From contig OZ244744.1 of NCBI GenBank assembly GCA_965219455.1, positions 192,001 through 256,000 on the forward strand: DNA of 64,000 bases, given 5' to 3'. Position 1 is the first letter of the stretch, and each line of letters starts with the position of its first letter. Below the pieces are notes generated by a model that did no database searches, was not told where the DNA came from, and saw only the letters and a list, made by a program, of their open reading frames with translations. The stretch comes from Candidatus Latescibacterota bacterium (lineage in GTDB: Bacteria; Latescibacterota; UBA2968; GCA-2709665). Below, in pieces: positions 31,669-41,817 of the stretch. The position numbers and the translations under genes were made by a program.

Positions 31669-33816
31669 ATGGCGGAACGTAAAGACCAGGAAGAAACTCC
31701 GGCTGCGGAGCAGAAGGAACAGACGCCGCCCGTACCGGAGTTGAAACCCGAGTCTGACGTCAACCCGGAAGCGTCGGAGGCCCCGCGGAACCAACCTCGG
31801 CCACGGTCCAACCGGGAACCCGGGTCAAACCCCGAAAACGACGGCCGCGAGTGGCGGCGACGCTCAAAAACGCTTGCATTCTGGGTCTTTTTTGTACTGG
31901 TCGCCCTCTTCGCAACCCGGTTTTTCGGGAGCAGTACCGGCTCCGGCGACGTCGTCCTCAGTTACAAGGAATACCGTACCCTGATGAAACAGGGCAAGAT
32001 CGAAAGCGCCATCATCATCGACAGCGACTTTCATGGCACGTTACGCGAACCTGAATACGCGAGCAGTCGGGGCGCGGAGCAGCCATTCCGGACCTTTGTG
32101 GTCAACCTGGGGGTTATTGGCGAAGAGTCAAAAGCCGACTGGGAAAAATACGAGATCGACTTTCGCTTTCAGGAAGAACCCTTCGACTGGTTGAAGGTCT
32201 TCTTTAACTTCCTGCCGTGGCTGCTCTTTGTCGGCCTCTGGTTGTTCATCTTCCGTCAGATGCAAGGTGGTCCCAAGGGAGCGTTCAGCTTCGGCAAGAG
32301 CAGGGCGAAGCTGGTTTCTGAAGACCGCCCTAAAGTCACCTTTAACGACGTTGCCGGATCGGACGAGGCCAAACAGGAACTCCAGGAAATTATCGAGTAC
32401 CTCAAGGATCCCCGAAAATTCCAGCGGCTCGGAGGCCGAATCCCTAAGGGTGTGCTACTGGTCGGGCCACCGGGTACAGGCAAAACGTACATGGCTAAAG
32501 CGGTGGCCGGCGAAGCCGACGTACCATTCTACAGTATGAGCGGCTCCGACTTTGTCGAAATGTTCGTCGGCGTTGGCGCCTCTCGCGTGCGCGACCTGTT
32601 TGAACAGGGAAAGGCCAATGCACCCTGCATCATCTTCATAGACGAAATAGACGCTGTGGGGCGACACCGGGGCGCCGGCATCGGGGGGGGGCACGACGAG
32701 CGGGAGCAGACGCTCAACCAGTTGCTGGTTGAAATGGACGGATTTGACTCCAAGGAGGGGGTCATTCTCATAGCCGCAACCAACCGGCCCGACGTCCTCG
32801 ATCCGGCCCTTCTGCGGCCGGGACGCTTCGACCGTCAGGTGGTTGTGGACCGGCCCGACGTCAAGGGTCGGGAGGGTGTTCTAAAGGTTCACATCCGCAA
32901 TACTCCGTTGGACAAGGACGTCGACCTGACCGTACTCGCACGGGCCACGCCCGGCTTTTCCCAGGCCGACCTGGAAAACCTGGTCAACGAGGCGGCATTA
33001 CTGGCCTCCAGGTACGACCGGCCCTCCGTGATTATGGAGGACTTCGAGAATGCCAAAGACAAGGTCATTATGGGCGTAGAAAGGCGTAGTCTGGTCATTT
33101 CCGACTCGGAAAAGAAGTGTACGGCATACCACGAAATCGGTCACGCTCTGGTGGCCAAACTCGTTCCCGAGGCCGACCCGGTGCATAAGGTCACCATTAT
33201 TCCCCGCGGCCAATCCCTCGGGTTGACCACGTATCTGCCCATCGACGAACGCCACAACTATTCCAAGAGCTACAGCGACGCCGTTCTCACTTATGCGTTG
33301 GGTGGCCGGGTGGCGGAAAAAATCGTCTTCGGGGAAGTTTCCAGCGGCGGTCAGCAGGACTATAAGATGGCCACCGACCTGGCGCGCCGGATGATCTGCG
33401 ACTGGGGCATGAGCGAGAAATTGGGTCCCGTATCCTACGGAAACAGACAGGATGAAATCTTCCTCGGTCGCGAATTGGCCCAGCGCCGGGATTTCAGTGA
33501 AAAAGTCTCACAGGTCATAGACGACGAAATCCGCAACTTCGTCTTCGCCGCGGAAGAACGGGCGGAAACACTGCTGCGGGAGAATATCGCTCAGGTCCAC
33601 ATTCTGGCGGATGCGCTTCTGGAGTTCGAAGTGCTGGATGACTCCCAACTCGACCGTATTCTGGCTGGAGAAAAGCTGCAAAAACCATCTGAGCCGTCCC
33701 AATCTCAAAACGGACGGCGCAGTCAGGATGCAGCCGCCGACGTGGAGGAGCCGGACGCGCCTTCCGCGGGCGAACAGACAGCCGAATCGCAGGAAGCATC
33801 CGATAACGAAGAGTAA
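31669..33816 (+). CDS. ftsH: ATP-dependent zinc metalloprotease FtsH
   Basis: Two TM segments, [20 protein letters not shown] and HEIGH zinc motif. Confidence 0.98.
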   Translation: MAERKDQEETPAAEQKEQTPPVPELKPESDVNPEASEAPRNQPRPRSNREPGSNPENDGREWRRRSKTLAFWVFFVLVALFATRFFGSSTGSGDVVLSYKEYRTLMKQGKIESAIIIDSDFHGTLREPEYASSRGAEQPFRTFVVNLGVIGEESKADWEKYEIDFRFQEEPFDWLKVFFNFLPWLLFVGLWLFIFRQMQGGPKGAFSFGKSRAKLVSEDRPKVTFNDVAGSDEAKQELQEIIEYLKDPRKFQRLGGRIPKGVLLVGPPGTGKTYMAKAVAGEADVPFYSMSGSDFVEMFVGVGASRVRDLFEQGKANAPCIIFIDEIDAVGRHRGAGIGGGHDEREQTLNQLLVEMDGFDSKEGVILIAATNRPDVLDPALLRPGRFDRQVVVDRPDVKGREGVLKVHIRNTPLDKDVDLTVLARATPGFSQADLENLVNEAALLASRYDRPSVIMEDFENAKDKVIMGVERRSLVISDSEKKCTAYHEIGHALVAKLVPEADPVHKVTIIPRGQSLGLTTYLPIDERHNYSKSYSDAVLTYALGGRVAEKIVFGEVSSGGQQDYKMATDLARRMICDWGMSEKLGPVSYGNRQDEIFLGRELAQRRDFSEKVSQVIDDEIRNFVFAAEERAETLLRENIAQVHILADALLEFEVLDDSQLDRILAGEKLQKPSEPSQSQNGRRSQDAAADVEEPDAPSAGEQTAESQEASDNEE

Positions 33817-33837
33817 ACGCTTTACTTAAATTTCAGG

Positions 33838-33877
33838 AAGGGATGGTAAAAAGCCGTGTCATTTTGCCATCCCTTTT
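33838..33877 (+). terminator. Hairpin/terminator after ftsH
   Basis: AAGGGATGGTAAAA...TTTTGCCATCCCTT-TT. Confidence 0.6.
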
Positions 33878-33894
33878 GCATGTCCACATTTCCG

Positions 33895-34860
33895 ATGCGA
33901 TACATAACCTCCCCCACCCGCCGGCTCGACTGCCGGGGCAACATTCTCCACCTGGGCTCACGAACCCTTATAATGGGGATTCTTAACGTCACACCCGATT
34001 CGTTTGCCGACGGTGGACGTTATTTCGAACCGCGACAGGCCGTTGCCCGTGCGCTACGGATGGCTGAAGAGGGTGCGGATATCATCGACGTGGGCGGCGA
34101 ATCCACCCGTCCGGCAGGGACGTACGGCGCGGGAGCCCACCCCGTCTCAACGGAAGAGGAAATCCGCCGTACGGCACCGGTGATCGAAGAAATCGCATCC
34201 GGAACAGACCTGATCATTTCCGTCGACACCACAAAAGCGGCTGTCGCCCAAAAAGCGATACAGTCGGGCGCATCCATCGTCAACGATATAAGCGCTATGC
34301 GTTTCGACCCTCTCATGGCCGAAACCGTCGCACAATCGGGCGCCGCGGTTGTCCTTATGCACATGAAGGGCACGCCCCGAACCATGCAGATCAAACCGTC
34401 GTATCACAACGTGATACGCGAAATTCTCGATTTTCTCGACGTTCGCCTGGCCTCAGCCCTCGACGCCGGCATCGCTCCCGGCCGGATTCTGATTGACCCC
34501 GGTCTGGGATTCGGAAAACGAAATACCCATAACTTTGAAATTCTCGCCCGGCTTGAGGAACTCCATGATCTCGGCTGCCCTCTGCTGGTGGGCCCGTCGC
34601 GAAAAAAATTCATTGGAGCCCGGCTGGATCTTCCGCCGGAAGAAAGGCTGGAAGGCACGCTGGCCGCGGTAGGTTTCTCCGTGGCCGCCGGGGCTCACAT
34701 TGTACGCGTGCATGACGTTGGAGCAGCCGGTCGGGCCGTGCGTGTGGCCGAAGAGATTGTTGCGGCCTCCGGTGCCGGGTGTGCTGCACCCGGACACGAT
34801 GCGAACAGGACGGACGAACGCGCCCATTGCCCACCGTCGAAATGCGGCGCAGTCGAATGA
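33895..34860 (+). CDS. folP: Dihydropteroate synthase
   Basis: MGILNVTPDSF, DVGGESTRP, DPGLGFGK, SRKKF and RVHDV; start uncertain (33880/33895). Confidence 0.96.
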   Translation: MRYITSPTRRLDCRGNILHLGSRTLIMGILNVTPDSFADGGRYFEPRQAVARALRMAEEGADIIDVGGESTRPAGTYGAGAHPVSTEEEIRRTAPVIEEIASGTDLIISVDTTKAAVAQKAIQSGASIVNDISAMRFDPLMAETVAQSGAAVVLMHMKGTPRTMQIKPSYHNVIREILDFLDVRLASALDAGIAPGRILIDPGLGFGKRNTHNFEILARLEELHDLGCPLLVGPSRKKFIGARLDLPPEERLEGTLAAVGFSVAAGAHIVRVHDVGAAGRAVRVAEEIVAASGAGCAAPGHDANRTDERAHCPPSKCGAVE

Positions 34861-34964
34861 GCCCGGCATAACGTCGCACTATCGTAAGGTGGATTGAAAA
34901 TCCTGCATTTTACCCTGTCCCCCTTCCTATATGAATTTACAAACGAAGTATGGAAGGTAACCTT

Positions 34965-36008
34965 ATGAAGGGAAAGTCAGACGCATACACCGCCGCCGGC
35001 GTGGATATCGAGAGCGCCAGTCGGACCAAGAAAGGCATCTCCAGCCTGGTACGATCAACATTCGGCCCTGAAGTACTCACGGACATTGGCGGATTCGGCG
35101 GCCTTTTTGCACCGCAGTGGAAGGCTTACCGGGATCCCGTCCTGGTGGCAGGAACGGATGGTGTTGGCACGAAGCTCAAAATTGCTTTTATGACGGGTGT
35201 CCACAATACGGTCGGAGCGGACCTTGTGGCCCACTGCGCCAACGACATACTTGTACAAGGGGCGCGCCCCCTTTTTTTTATGGACTACCTGGCCATGGGG
35301 AAACACGACACCGTCGTTGCCGAGGCCGTCATCGAGGGAATCGCAAACGGATGTAAAGCCTGCGGTTGCGCGCTGCTGGGCGGGGAAATGGCGGAAATGC
35401 CGGATTTCTATGCCGACGGCGAATACGACTTGGCGGGTACTATCGTCGGCATTGTCAACCGGGAAGAAATTCTGGATGGCTCCCGGGTACAGCCGGGCGA
35501 CAAGCTCATCGGTCTGCCGTCGTACGGCCTCCACACCAACGGTTATGCCTTGGCGCGCAAACTTTTCTTCCAAACCGCAGGATGGACCGTCGACACCCAC
35601 CTGGGTGAACTCGGCGGCACAATCGGCGATGCCCTGCTGGCCCCTCACCGGAGTTACATATCATCGGCCTTCAGTCTTATGGAAGCCGTGCAGGTACGGG
35701 GGATGGCCCACATCACCGGCGGAGGGCTTGTCGACAACCTGCCGCGCACCCTTCCGGATGGGCTGGGCGCACGTGTTTTCCGGGGAACCTGGCCCGAGTT
35801 GCCTGTATTCAACCTGTTACAGAAGGTGGGCGACGACATTGAAACCGACGAGATGTTTCGTGTGTTCAATATGGGTCTGGGCCTGGTGCTTGTCGTCCCT
35901 TCCAGTCAGGCTGAAAAAGCGATCGAACAGTTGAGCCAAAGCGGAGAGACAGGCTACGTCGTGGGTGAAGTTGTCAACGACCCGGGTTCCGGTGTTCAAA
36001 TCCTTTAG
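34965..36008 (+). CDS. purM: Phosphoribosylformylglycinamidine cyclo-ligase
   Basis: YTAAGVD, GTDGVGTK, GLHTNGY, AHITGGG and FNMGLG motifs. Confidence 0.97.
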   Translation: MKGKSDAYTAAGVDIESASRTKKGISSLVRSTFGPEVLTDIGGFGGLFAPQWKAYRDPVLVAGTDGVGTKLKIAFMTGVHNTVGADLVAHCANDILVQGARPLFFMDYLAMGKHDTVVAEAVIEGIANGCKACGCALLGGEMAEMPDFYADGEYDLAGTIVGIVNREEILDGSRVQPGDKLIGLPSYGLHTNGYALARKLFFQTAGWTVDTHLGELGGTIGDALLAPHRSYISSAFSLMEAVQVRGMAHITGGGLVDNLPRTLPDGLGARVFRGTWPELPVFNLLQKVGDDIETDEMFRVFNMGLGLVLVVPSSQAEKAIEQLSQSGETGYVVGEVVNDPGSGVQIL

Positions 36009-36020
36009 CGGGAGTACGCT

Positions 36021-36212
36021 ATGTTGTTGCGCATTTTCCTTTTCGGCTTATTGCTGGGTCTCGTATACCGCGTACTTCGGGATGTTCTGCGCTCCTCGCT
36101 TCGATGGGTCTCCCCCCAGAAAGACGGGTCACGTCCACCCGGCAAGAAGCCATCCTGGGACATCAACAAGAATCGGATCAGGGATGCTGAATTTCGCGAC
36201 CTGGACGGTTAG
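36021..36212 (+). CDS. Small single-TM hypothetical protein
   Basis: GGGAG RBS, hydrophobic N-terminus, C-terminal IRDAEFRDLD. Confidence 0.65.
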   Translation: MLLRIFLFGLLLGLVYRVLRDVLRSSLRWVSPQKDGSRPPGKKPSWDINKNRIRDAEFRDLDG

Positions 36213-36301
36213 CGCTCCCTTTGGGCCGGTGTAGCGCTCCCTGGCAGAGTAGTTCCGTGCATGTTTTCAGATCTTTCGCATCTTTCGCGTTAACCACAAC
36301 C

Positions 36302-37330
36302 GTGGCCAAATCCAAAGCCAAATCCGGCAAACCGCAGGATAGACTGACCGCGCACATACAACGGGGCGAATTCTCGCCACTGTATTTGATGCACGGATCC
36401 GAGAACGTCAGCAAGGAAGAAAGCCTGAAAGCCCTTGTCGACGCCGCCGTCGATCCCGCATTGAGAGCATTCAATCTGGATGTCTTCCGTGGCGAGGATA
36501 TGGACGTGGCCGACGCCGTCAGCCGGGCAACCGCTTTTCCGATGATGGCGGTGCGCCGGGTTGTCGTCGTCAAACGCGTTGAACGGTTGCGGGACACCGA
36601 CGCGCGAGATCTCCTGCCCCTTATTGACAATCCCGTTGAATCCACTGTCCTTATTTTTACCGCCGACAAATTGGACGGCCGCAAGAAGTTCACCGTCGCG
36701 TTGCGAAAGAACGCCATTACGGTAGCGTTCAAGCCGCCCTACGAGAGTGAACTCCCGGATTGGATTCGTAGACGGGCGGCTGCCCTGAAAAAACGGATCG
36801 AACCGGATGCCGCGCACCTGCTTCACCTCGGCATCGGGCCGAATCCGGGCGAACTGGTTAGCGAGCTCGAGAAACTGGCCATATATACGAATGGACGAGA
36901 TACCATTACGCGAGACGACGTCATCCAGGTGGCTGGCGCGTCGCGAAACGCGACAGTTTTCGAACTCACGGATGCCGTGGGAAAGCGGAGAGCCGGCGAT
37001 GCCCTGGCCGTTCTGCATCACCTTCTCGAACGGGGCGACAACCCGGTGGCTGTTGTCGCGATACTCGTCCGGCATATCGGAATTCTTCGTAAGGCGCGCT
37101 GGTTCCGGAATCAGGGGCTGCCCCGGTCGGAACTGGCGGGAAAACTGAAGGTGCCCCCTTTCTTTCTTTCCAACTATCTCGAACAGGCGGCCCGTTTCGA
37201 TGACCAGGATCTGTGGCACGCCTACGATGCCCTCCTGAACGCGGACAACCGCCTGAAATCCCGTTCTCGCGCCCCCGCCGCCACGCTCACACAACTCATC
37301 TGCCGGATGTGTTCCGGCCCGCCCGGCTGA
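36302..37330 (+). CDS. holA: DNA polymerase III delta subunit
   Basis: PLYLMHG, AFNLDVFRG, FPMMAVRRVVVVK, ELEKLAIY and VFELTDAV motifs. Confidence 0.92.
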   Translation: MAKSKAKSGKPQDRLTAHIQRGEFSPLYLMHGSENVSKEESLKALVDAAVDPALRAFNLDVFRGEDMDVADAVSRATAFPMMAVRRVVVVKRVERLRDTDARDLLPLIDNPVESTVLIFTADKLDGRKKFTVALRKNAITVAFKPPYESELPDWIRRRAAALKKRIEPDAAHLLHLGIGPNPGELVSELEKLAIYTNGRDTITRDDVIQVAGASRNATVFELTDAVGKRRAGDALAVLHHLLERGDNPVAVVAILVRHIGILRKARWFRNQGLPRSELAGKLKVPPFFLSNYLEQAARFDDQDLWHAYDALLNADNRLKSRSRAPAATLTQLICRMCSGPPG

Positions 37331-37381
37331 ACCGGAGACGGGTCGCGCCTCTCCCTTGGTCTCCACCCATTTTTCTGATTC

Positions 37382-37410
37382 TTGACTTGCCCTCGAAAAC
37401 TTGGTAGATT
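37382..37410 (+). promoter_or_regulatory. Sigma70-type promoter for trxA
   Basis: TTGACT-N17-TAGATT. Confidence 0.65.
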
Positions 37411-37535
37411 TCACAACCCATGACGGAGCCGAATTCCGAGGGTTCGTATCGGCGGAACGTCGGTCCGACCGCTGGCGGTTCCGCGGGCAACCCTTCAATG
37501 TTCCTTACAACAATTAACGAAAGGCGGTGTGTGCG

Positions 37536-37859
37536 TTGGCAAATGCAATAACCATAACCGACGATGGCTTTCAGTCTGAAGTTGTCGAGTCCTCCATTCC
37601 GGTGCTCGTGGACTTCTGGGCTGTGTGGTGCGGCCCCTGCCGCATGGTTGCGCCAATTGTGGACGAACTGGCCGTCGAGTACGAGGGCCGCGTCAAGGTC
37701 GGAAAAGTCGACGTGGACTCCGAACAGAAAATCGCCGCCGACTACGGAATCCGAAGTATACCAACCCTGCTCATATTCAAAAACGGCGAACTGGCCGACC
37801 AGATTGTCGGCGCGGTCCCCAAAAAACAACTGGTCGAAAAACTCGAGGCCGTGCTGTAA
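37536..37859 (+). CDS. trxA: Thioredoxin
   Basis: VDFWAVWCGPC and IRSIPTL motifs; likely TTG start. Confidence 0.96.
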   Translation: MANAITITDDGFQSEVVESSIPVLVDFWAVWCGPCRMVAPIVDELAVEYEGRVKVGKVDVDSEQKIAADYGIRSIPTLLIFKNGELADQIVGAVPKKQLVEKLEAVL

Positions 37860-38055
37860 AAAAACGGCCACGCGTCCGGAAACAACCTGGGCCGGTTCTA
37901 TAGAGTGTCGCAAAGGGCCCGTGTCGGCCACGCACAACGAACCCGAACGGTTATCCGGGCCCATCGACGCGAGCCGAACGAACGCGATCTCGTTGACACG
38001 CCGGTGTGTGCGGATTCAACCGCCGCGGTGCGAACCATGACCGTCACATCGAATA

Positions 38056-38089
38056 CAGGGTGTGCCTCAGCAGGCACGCCCTGATTTTA
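38056..38089 (+). terminator. Intergenic terminator-like hairpin
   Basis: CAGGGTGTGCCT-CAGC-AGGCACGCCCTG-ATTTT. Confidence 0.55.
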
Positions 38090-38312
38090 TGTTCCCTTCT
38101 ATTGGGATCCTGTTCTCAAGGCGTACGCGCAAAGAGGCCCCGAAACCCGCCGCCGCACGACGAACCCGATCGGGCCGGACACGCATGCTCGAACCGTTCG
38201 AGGGTGAACTCCGGCGGCAAATGCCACGTGGGGCCGCTGTGAAAAAGGTTGCCGACGCCGGGGGTACGCCCGACCGGATAACAGAAAGCAGAAACTCAAG
38301 GAGTTCCATCTT

Positions 38313-39218
38313 ATGGAAATCGAGAAGGTCGTGATCCCGTTAGCCGGTATGGGCACCGGGCTCCTGCCGGCCACCAAATCGCAACCGAAGGAGATGCTCC
38401 CTGTTGCATGTAAACCCGTGGTCCAATACGTCGTGGAAGAAATGGTGGACCAGGGCCTGACGAAATTCCTGTTCATTACCGGGCGCGACAAACGTTCTGT
38501 CGAAGATCACTTCGACCGGGACCCTGAACTGTTGAATCGTCTATCGGATAGCGAAAACCGGGAACTGCTGGGCGTGGTGGATTACGGACGGGAGTCGGTC
38601 AGATTTTTTTTCACCCGCCAGCTCATCCCCCACGGGCGGCACACACCGCCGGGAATAGGAGACGCCATCGGCGGAGCCGAAGACTTCGTGGGAAACGACC
38701 CTTTTGTTGTTGCACTTGGCGATACGATTGTCAAATCCGGGAGCCACGCGGGGCTGATCCGGAGGATGATCAGGTCCCATTTCCAGCACGATTCCTGCTG
38801 TACGATCGCCGTCGTGGAGGTAGATCCCTCGGACGTGCCCAATTACGGCATCGTCAAGCCCAGAGGCAGGGCCAGGACGGACTTCGAGATCGAGAGCATC
38901 GTGGAAAAGCCGGCTTTCGCTGACGCGCCCAGTCGCCTTGCAGTCGCCGCCCGATATGTATTTCATCCCGAGATCTTCGATGCGCTGCGGCACACCCTGC
39001 CCGGTTCCAGCGGCAAACTGGAGTTGACGGACGCGATAGCCACGCTTATCAAGATGGGCCGTAAGGTACGGTGCATCCGGCTGAAGAAAGAGGAACTTCG
39101 ATATGGCATCGGCGATCCCGTATCTTACTACAAGGCCTTCATCGACTTCGCCATCTCCGACCAGCGCCACGGTTATATCATCCGCCAGCATATCCAGAAA
39201 CAGTTGAGGGAATTCTGA
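38313..39218 (+). CDS. GalU/GalF-like sugar-1-phosphate uridylyltransferase
   Basis: KVVIPLAGMGTGLLPATKSQPKEMLP, VALGD, IVEKP and ELTDAI motifs. Confidence 0.88.
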   Translation: MEIEKVVIPLAGMGTGLLPATKSQPKEMLPVACKPVVQYVVEEMVDQGLTKFLFITGRDKRSVEDHFDRDPELLNRLSDSENRELLGVVDYGRESVRFFFTRQLIPHGRHTPPGIGDAIGGAEDFVGNDPFVVALGDTIVKSGSHAGLIRRMIRSHFQHDSCCTIAVVEVDPSDVPNYGIVKPRGRARTDFEIESIVEKPAFADAPSRLAVAARYVFHPEIFDALRHTLPGSSGKLELTDAIATLIKMGRKVRCIRLKKEELRYGIGDPVSYYKAFIDFAISDQRHGYIIRQHIQKQLREF

Positions 39219-39220
39219 GT

Positions 39221-40279
39221 ATGCCCGAGGCTTACATGAGTACGGCGCCGGGCAGAGCGGGCATTATCGGAAATCCCACCGACATGTACGGGGGCAGCGT
39301 TATCTCCTGTTCCACGCGCGAACGCGCCGTCGTACTCATCGAACCCGCGGAAGAACTCAGCTTCGAGGTCGCGGGCTGCCGCCGTGTGATTCAACCCTCG
39401 GAAGACCTGAAACCCGAAGGCGGAAATTTCGACGTTGCCATAGCCGTCGTTGACTTCCTCAACCTGAAGAAGGCGCTGTTCTCTCTGCGTTGGACATGCG
39501 ATGTCCCCTTCCGAGCGGGACTTTCCAGTTCATCCGCTCTGATCGTATCCATTCTCAATGCCGTTCTGGCCTACATGGGCCGGTCCGTCCACGTGTATCA
39601 CCGTGCTGAAATGGCCCGCCACATCGAATTGCACTATTTGGTTCTGTGCGGCTACCAGGACGCCTATATGTGCACGATCGGAGGGCTGAATTATCTGGAT
39701 TTCCGCGAGAAACAGTTCTACCGTGCGCTGGCCGACGAACCCTACGCCACCGTGGAGCCCCTCGCGCCGTACGCAGGCGGATGCCCCTTTGTCCTGGCCC
39801 ACACGGGCGTGAAACGCAACTCCGCCCTGGTTCACCGACCGATTCGCGAACGCTGGCTGGAGGGCGACCGGGAAGTCGTACGCAGCTACCTCCGGATTGC
39901 CCACCTGGCGCGGATGGGAAAACGAGCGCTTCTGGAAGCAGACTGGCAGACCCTCGGCGAATTGATGGTCGAGAATCACGAGATCCAGCGGGATCTGGGC
40001 GGTTCCGGGCCAGAAAACGAACGCCTCATTCAGGCGGCGCTGGACGCAGGGGCATTGGGAGCCAAACTGGCCGGGGCGGGTGGAGGCGGCACCATCATTG
40101 CGCTGGCGCCGGATTCTGAACCGGTTGTCCGGGCGCTCCAAAATGCCGGCGCCAGCCGGATCCTTTCCCCGCGGCCGGCGCCGGGGGTCACCGTAACCCC
40201 GCTCAACACCGACGCGGACAGGCAGGCGGCGGAGGCGGAACTCCTCAAGCGTTCGCGGCAGGAAGATCTGAGAGTCTAG
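39221..40279 (+). CDS. GHMP kinase, glucuronokinase-like
   Basis: RAGIIGNPTDMYGGSVIS, PFRAGLSSSSA, CGYQD and GAKLAGAGGGG motifs. Confidence 0.85.
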   Translation: MPEAYMSTAPGRAGIIGNPTDMYGGSVISCSTRERAVVLIEPAEELSFEVAGCRRVIQPSEDLKPEGGNFDVAIAVVDFLNLKKALFSLRWTCDVPFRAGLSSSSALIVSILNAVLAYMGRSVHVYHRAEMARHIELHYLVLCGYQDAYMCTIGGLNYLDFREKQFYRALADEPYATVEPLAPYAGGCPFVLAHTGVKRNSALVHRPIRERWLEGDREVVRSYLRIAHLARMGKRALLEADWQTLGELMVENHEIQRDLGGSGPENERLIQAALDAGALGAKLAGAGGGGTIIALAPDSEPVVRALQNAGASRILSPRPAPGVTVTPLNTDADRQAAEAELLKRSRQEDLRV

Positions 40280-40312
40280 CCCGAACCGGCAGCGGGGGTC
40301 CGCCGACCGGGG

Positions 40313-40621
40313 CAGATGGATCTCCGACCGATAACTGCCCTGGACCCGTTCATCCACAAAATAGAAATCAAACGGCAGGTGCGGGATGAACGTCTTCAAT
40401 GTCTGCTCCAAAAAAGCCATTGTCTCCGGAATTCCGACCGGGGTAATCCACAACGAAAGGATCAGATGAATCCAATGAAACATAACCACGGGATCTACGC
40501 GGTGATGCAACGACTGGGAATGAAAATCCCTGACAACACCGATCACCCGGCCTTTTTGTCGACCGCGCCACTCAAACTCCTTGCCGATAGGATCCGTCCA
40601 TCCGAGCTTTTTAACCGCATC
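40313..40621 (-). pseudogene. Internal fragment of a MacB/FtsX-like ABC permease
   Basis: AVKKLGWTDPIGK...GRVIGVVRDFHSQSLHHRVDP...PFDFYFVDE...YRSE without its own start or TM domains. Confidence 0.8.
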
Positions 40622-40700
40622 TATCCCTTGCCGATAGGAAACACTTTGGTTATCTTTAGCGCAAATCAACACGCATTGAACGGGCACGGAGATTGACGTC

Positions 40701-41750
40701 ATGGCAATTCTGGCAAATACCCTCCACGAAACGTACGAACAGATGGACCGCAAACTCAGCGGAATCGTGCCGGAAATCGAGCTTCTTTATAAGGCCGAAC
40801 TGGTCTACGAGATCAACCGCCTGAAGGAAGAGCGCGGCGCCATCATCCTGGGACATAACTACATGGAGCCGGCGCTCTTCCATACCGTGCCAGACGTGGT
40901 GGGCGATTCGCTCGAACTCAGCCGTAAAGCCGCCGAAACCGATTGCGACCCCATCGTATTCTGCGGCGTGCGTTTTATGGCGGAAACCGCGAAGATCCTC
41001 AACCCGGACAAGACCGTTCTGTTGCCGGCACGGATTGCCGGGTGCTCCCTGGCGGCAAGCATCTCTGCTGAGGACGTCCGCAAGCTGCGGGAGGATTACC
41101 CGGGCATCCCTATCGTCACGTATATAAACACCTATGCAGACGTGAAAGCGGAATGCGACGTCTGCTGCACATCCAGCAACGCCGCAAGGGTCGTGGAATC
41201 GCTCGGTTGCGATACCGTCATCTTTCTTCCCGACGAATACCTGGCGGCCAACGTGGCCCAGGAAACCGGCAAGCGGATCATTTTCCCCACAAGGGAGGAA
41301 CCCGAACTGCCCGGAACAGAGCTGGAATACGAGATGATCGGTTGGCACGGCCGGTGCGAAGTGCACGAGAAATTCACCGTCGGCGACGTCACCGATGTGC
41401 GCGAGCAGTTTCCGGGCGTGCTCGTTCTCGCCCATCCGGAGTGCAGCCCCGAAGTTGTGGCGGCTTCCGACTTCTCCAGCAGCACGTCCAAGATGAGCGC
41501 CTATGTGCAAGAGACTGAAGCGTCCAGCTATCTGCTCCTCACGGAATGCAGCATGGGTGACAATATCATGGCAGACAACCCGGACAAGGAAATGGTTCGG
41601 CTGTGCAGCATCCGGTGTCCGCACATGAACGAAATCACCCTTGAAGACACGCTGAATGCCCTGAAAAACAACGAGCAGATCATCGAGGTACCCGAGCAAA
41701 TCCGCATTCGAGCCAAACGCGCGGTGGATCGGATGTTGGAAATAGGTTGA
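40701..41750 (+). CDS. nadA: Quinolinate synthase
   Basis: ILGHNY, GVRFMAETAK, AGCSLA, YINT, CEVHE, HPEC and CPHM motifs. Confidence 0.97.
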   Translation: MAILANTLHETYEQMDRKLSGIVPEIELLYKAELVYEINRLKEERGAIILGHNYMEPALFHTVPDVVGDSLELSRKAAETDCDPIVFCGVRFMAETAKILNPDKTVLLPARIAGCSLAASISAEDVRKLREDYPGIPIVTYINTYADVKAECDVCCTSSNAARVVESLGCDTVIFLPDEYLAANVAQETGKRIIFPTREEPELPGTELEYEMIGWHGRCEVHEKFTVGDVTDVREQFPGVLVLAHPECSPEVVAASDFSSSTSKMSAYVQETEASSYLLLTECSMGDNIMADNPDKEMVRLCSIRCPHMNEITLEDTLNALKNNEQIIEVPEQIRIRAKRAVDRMLEIG

Positions 41751-41772
41751 ATTCACAGATAACGTATGCCGC

Positions 41773-41804
41773 GGGGGCGGGGTTTCATACCCGCCCTCCT
41801 TTTT
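41773..41804 (+). terminator. Terminator after nadA
   Basis: GGGGGCGGG...CCCGCCCTCC-TTTTT. Confidence 0.65.
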
Positions 41805-41817
41805 GTAGGGACCTGCC

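Noticed and set aside
30221-34860. tilS-ftsH-folP without the hpt gene often found between tilS and ftsH
   Set aside because: Common variation in gene order; not informative alone.
36290-37498. 402-aa minus-strand ORF (likewise 40656-41918, 49104-50009, 56625-57551, 59390-60322)
   Set aside because: Antisense shadows of well-supported genes in GC-rich DNA.
39530-40753. 407-aa minus-strand ORF as an intact gene
   Set aside because: Only 40313-40621 resembles a protein (MacB fragment); the rest is antisense to the kinase and nadA.
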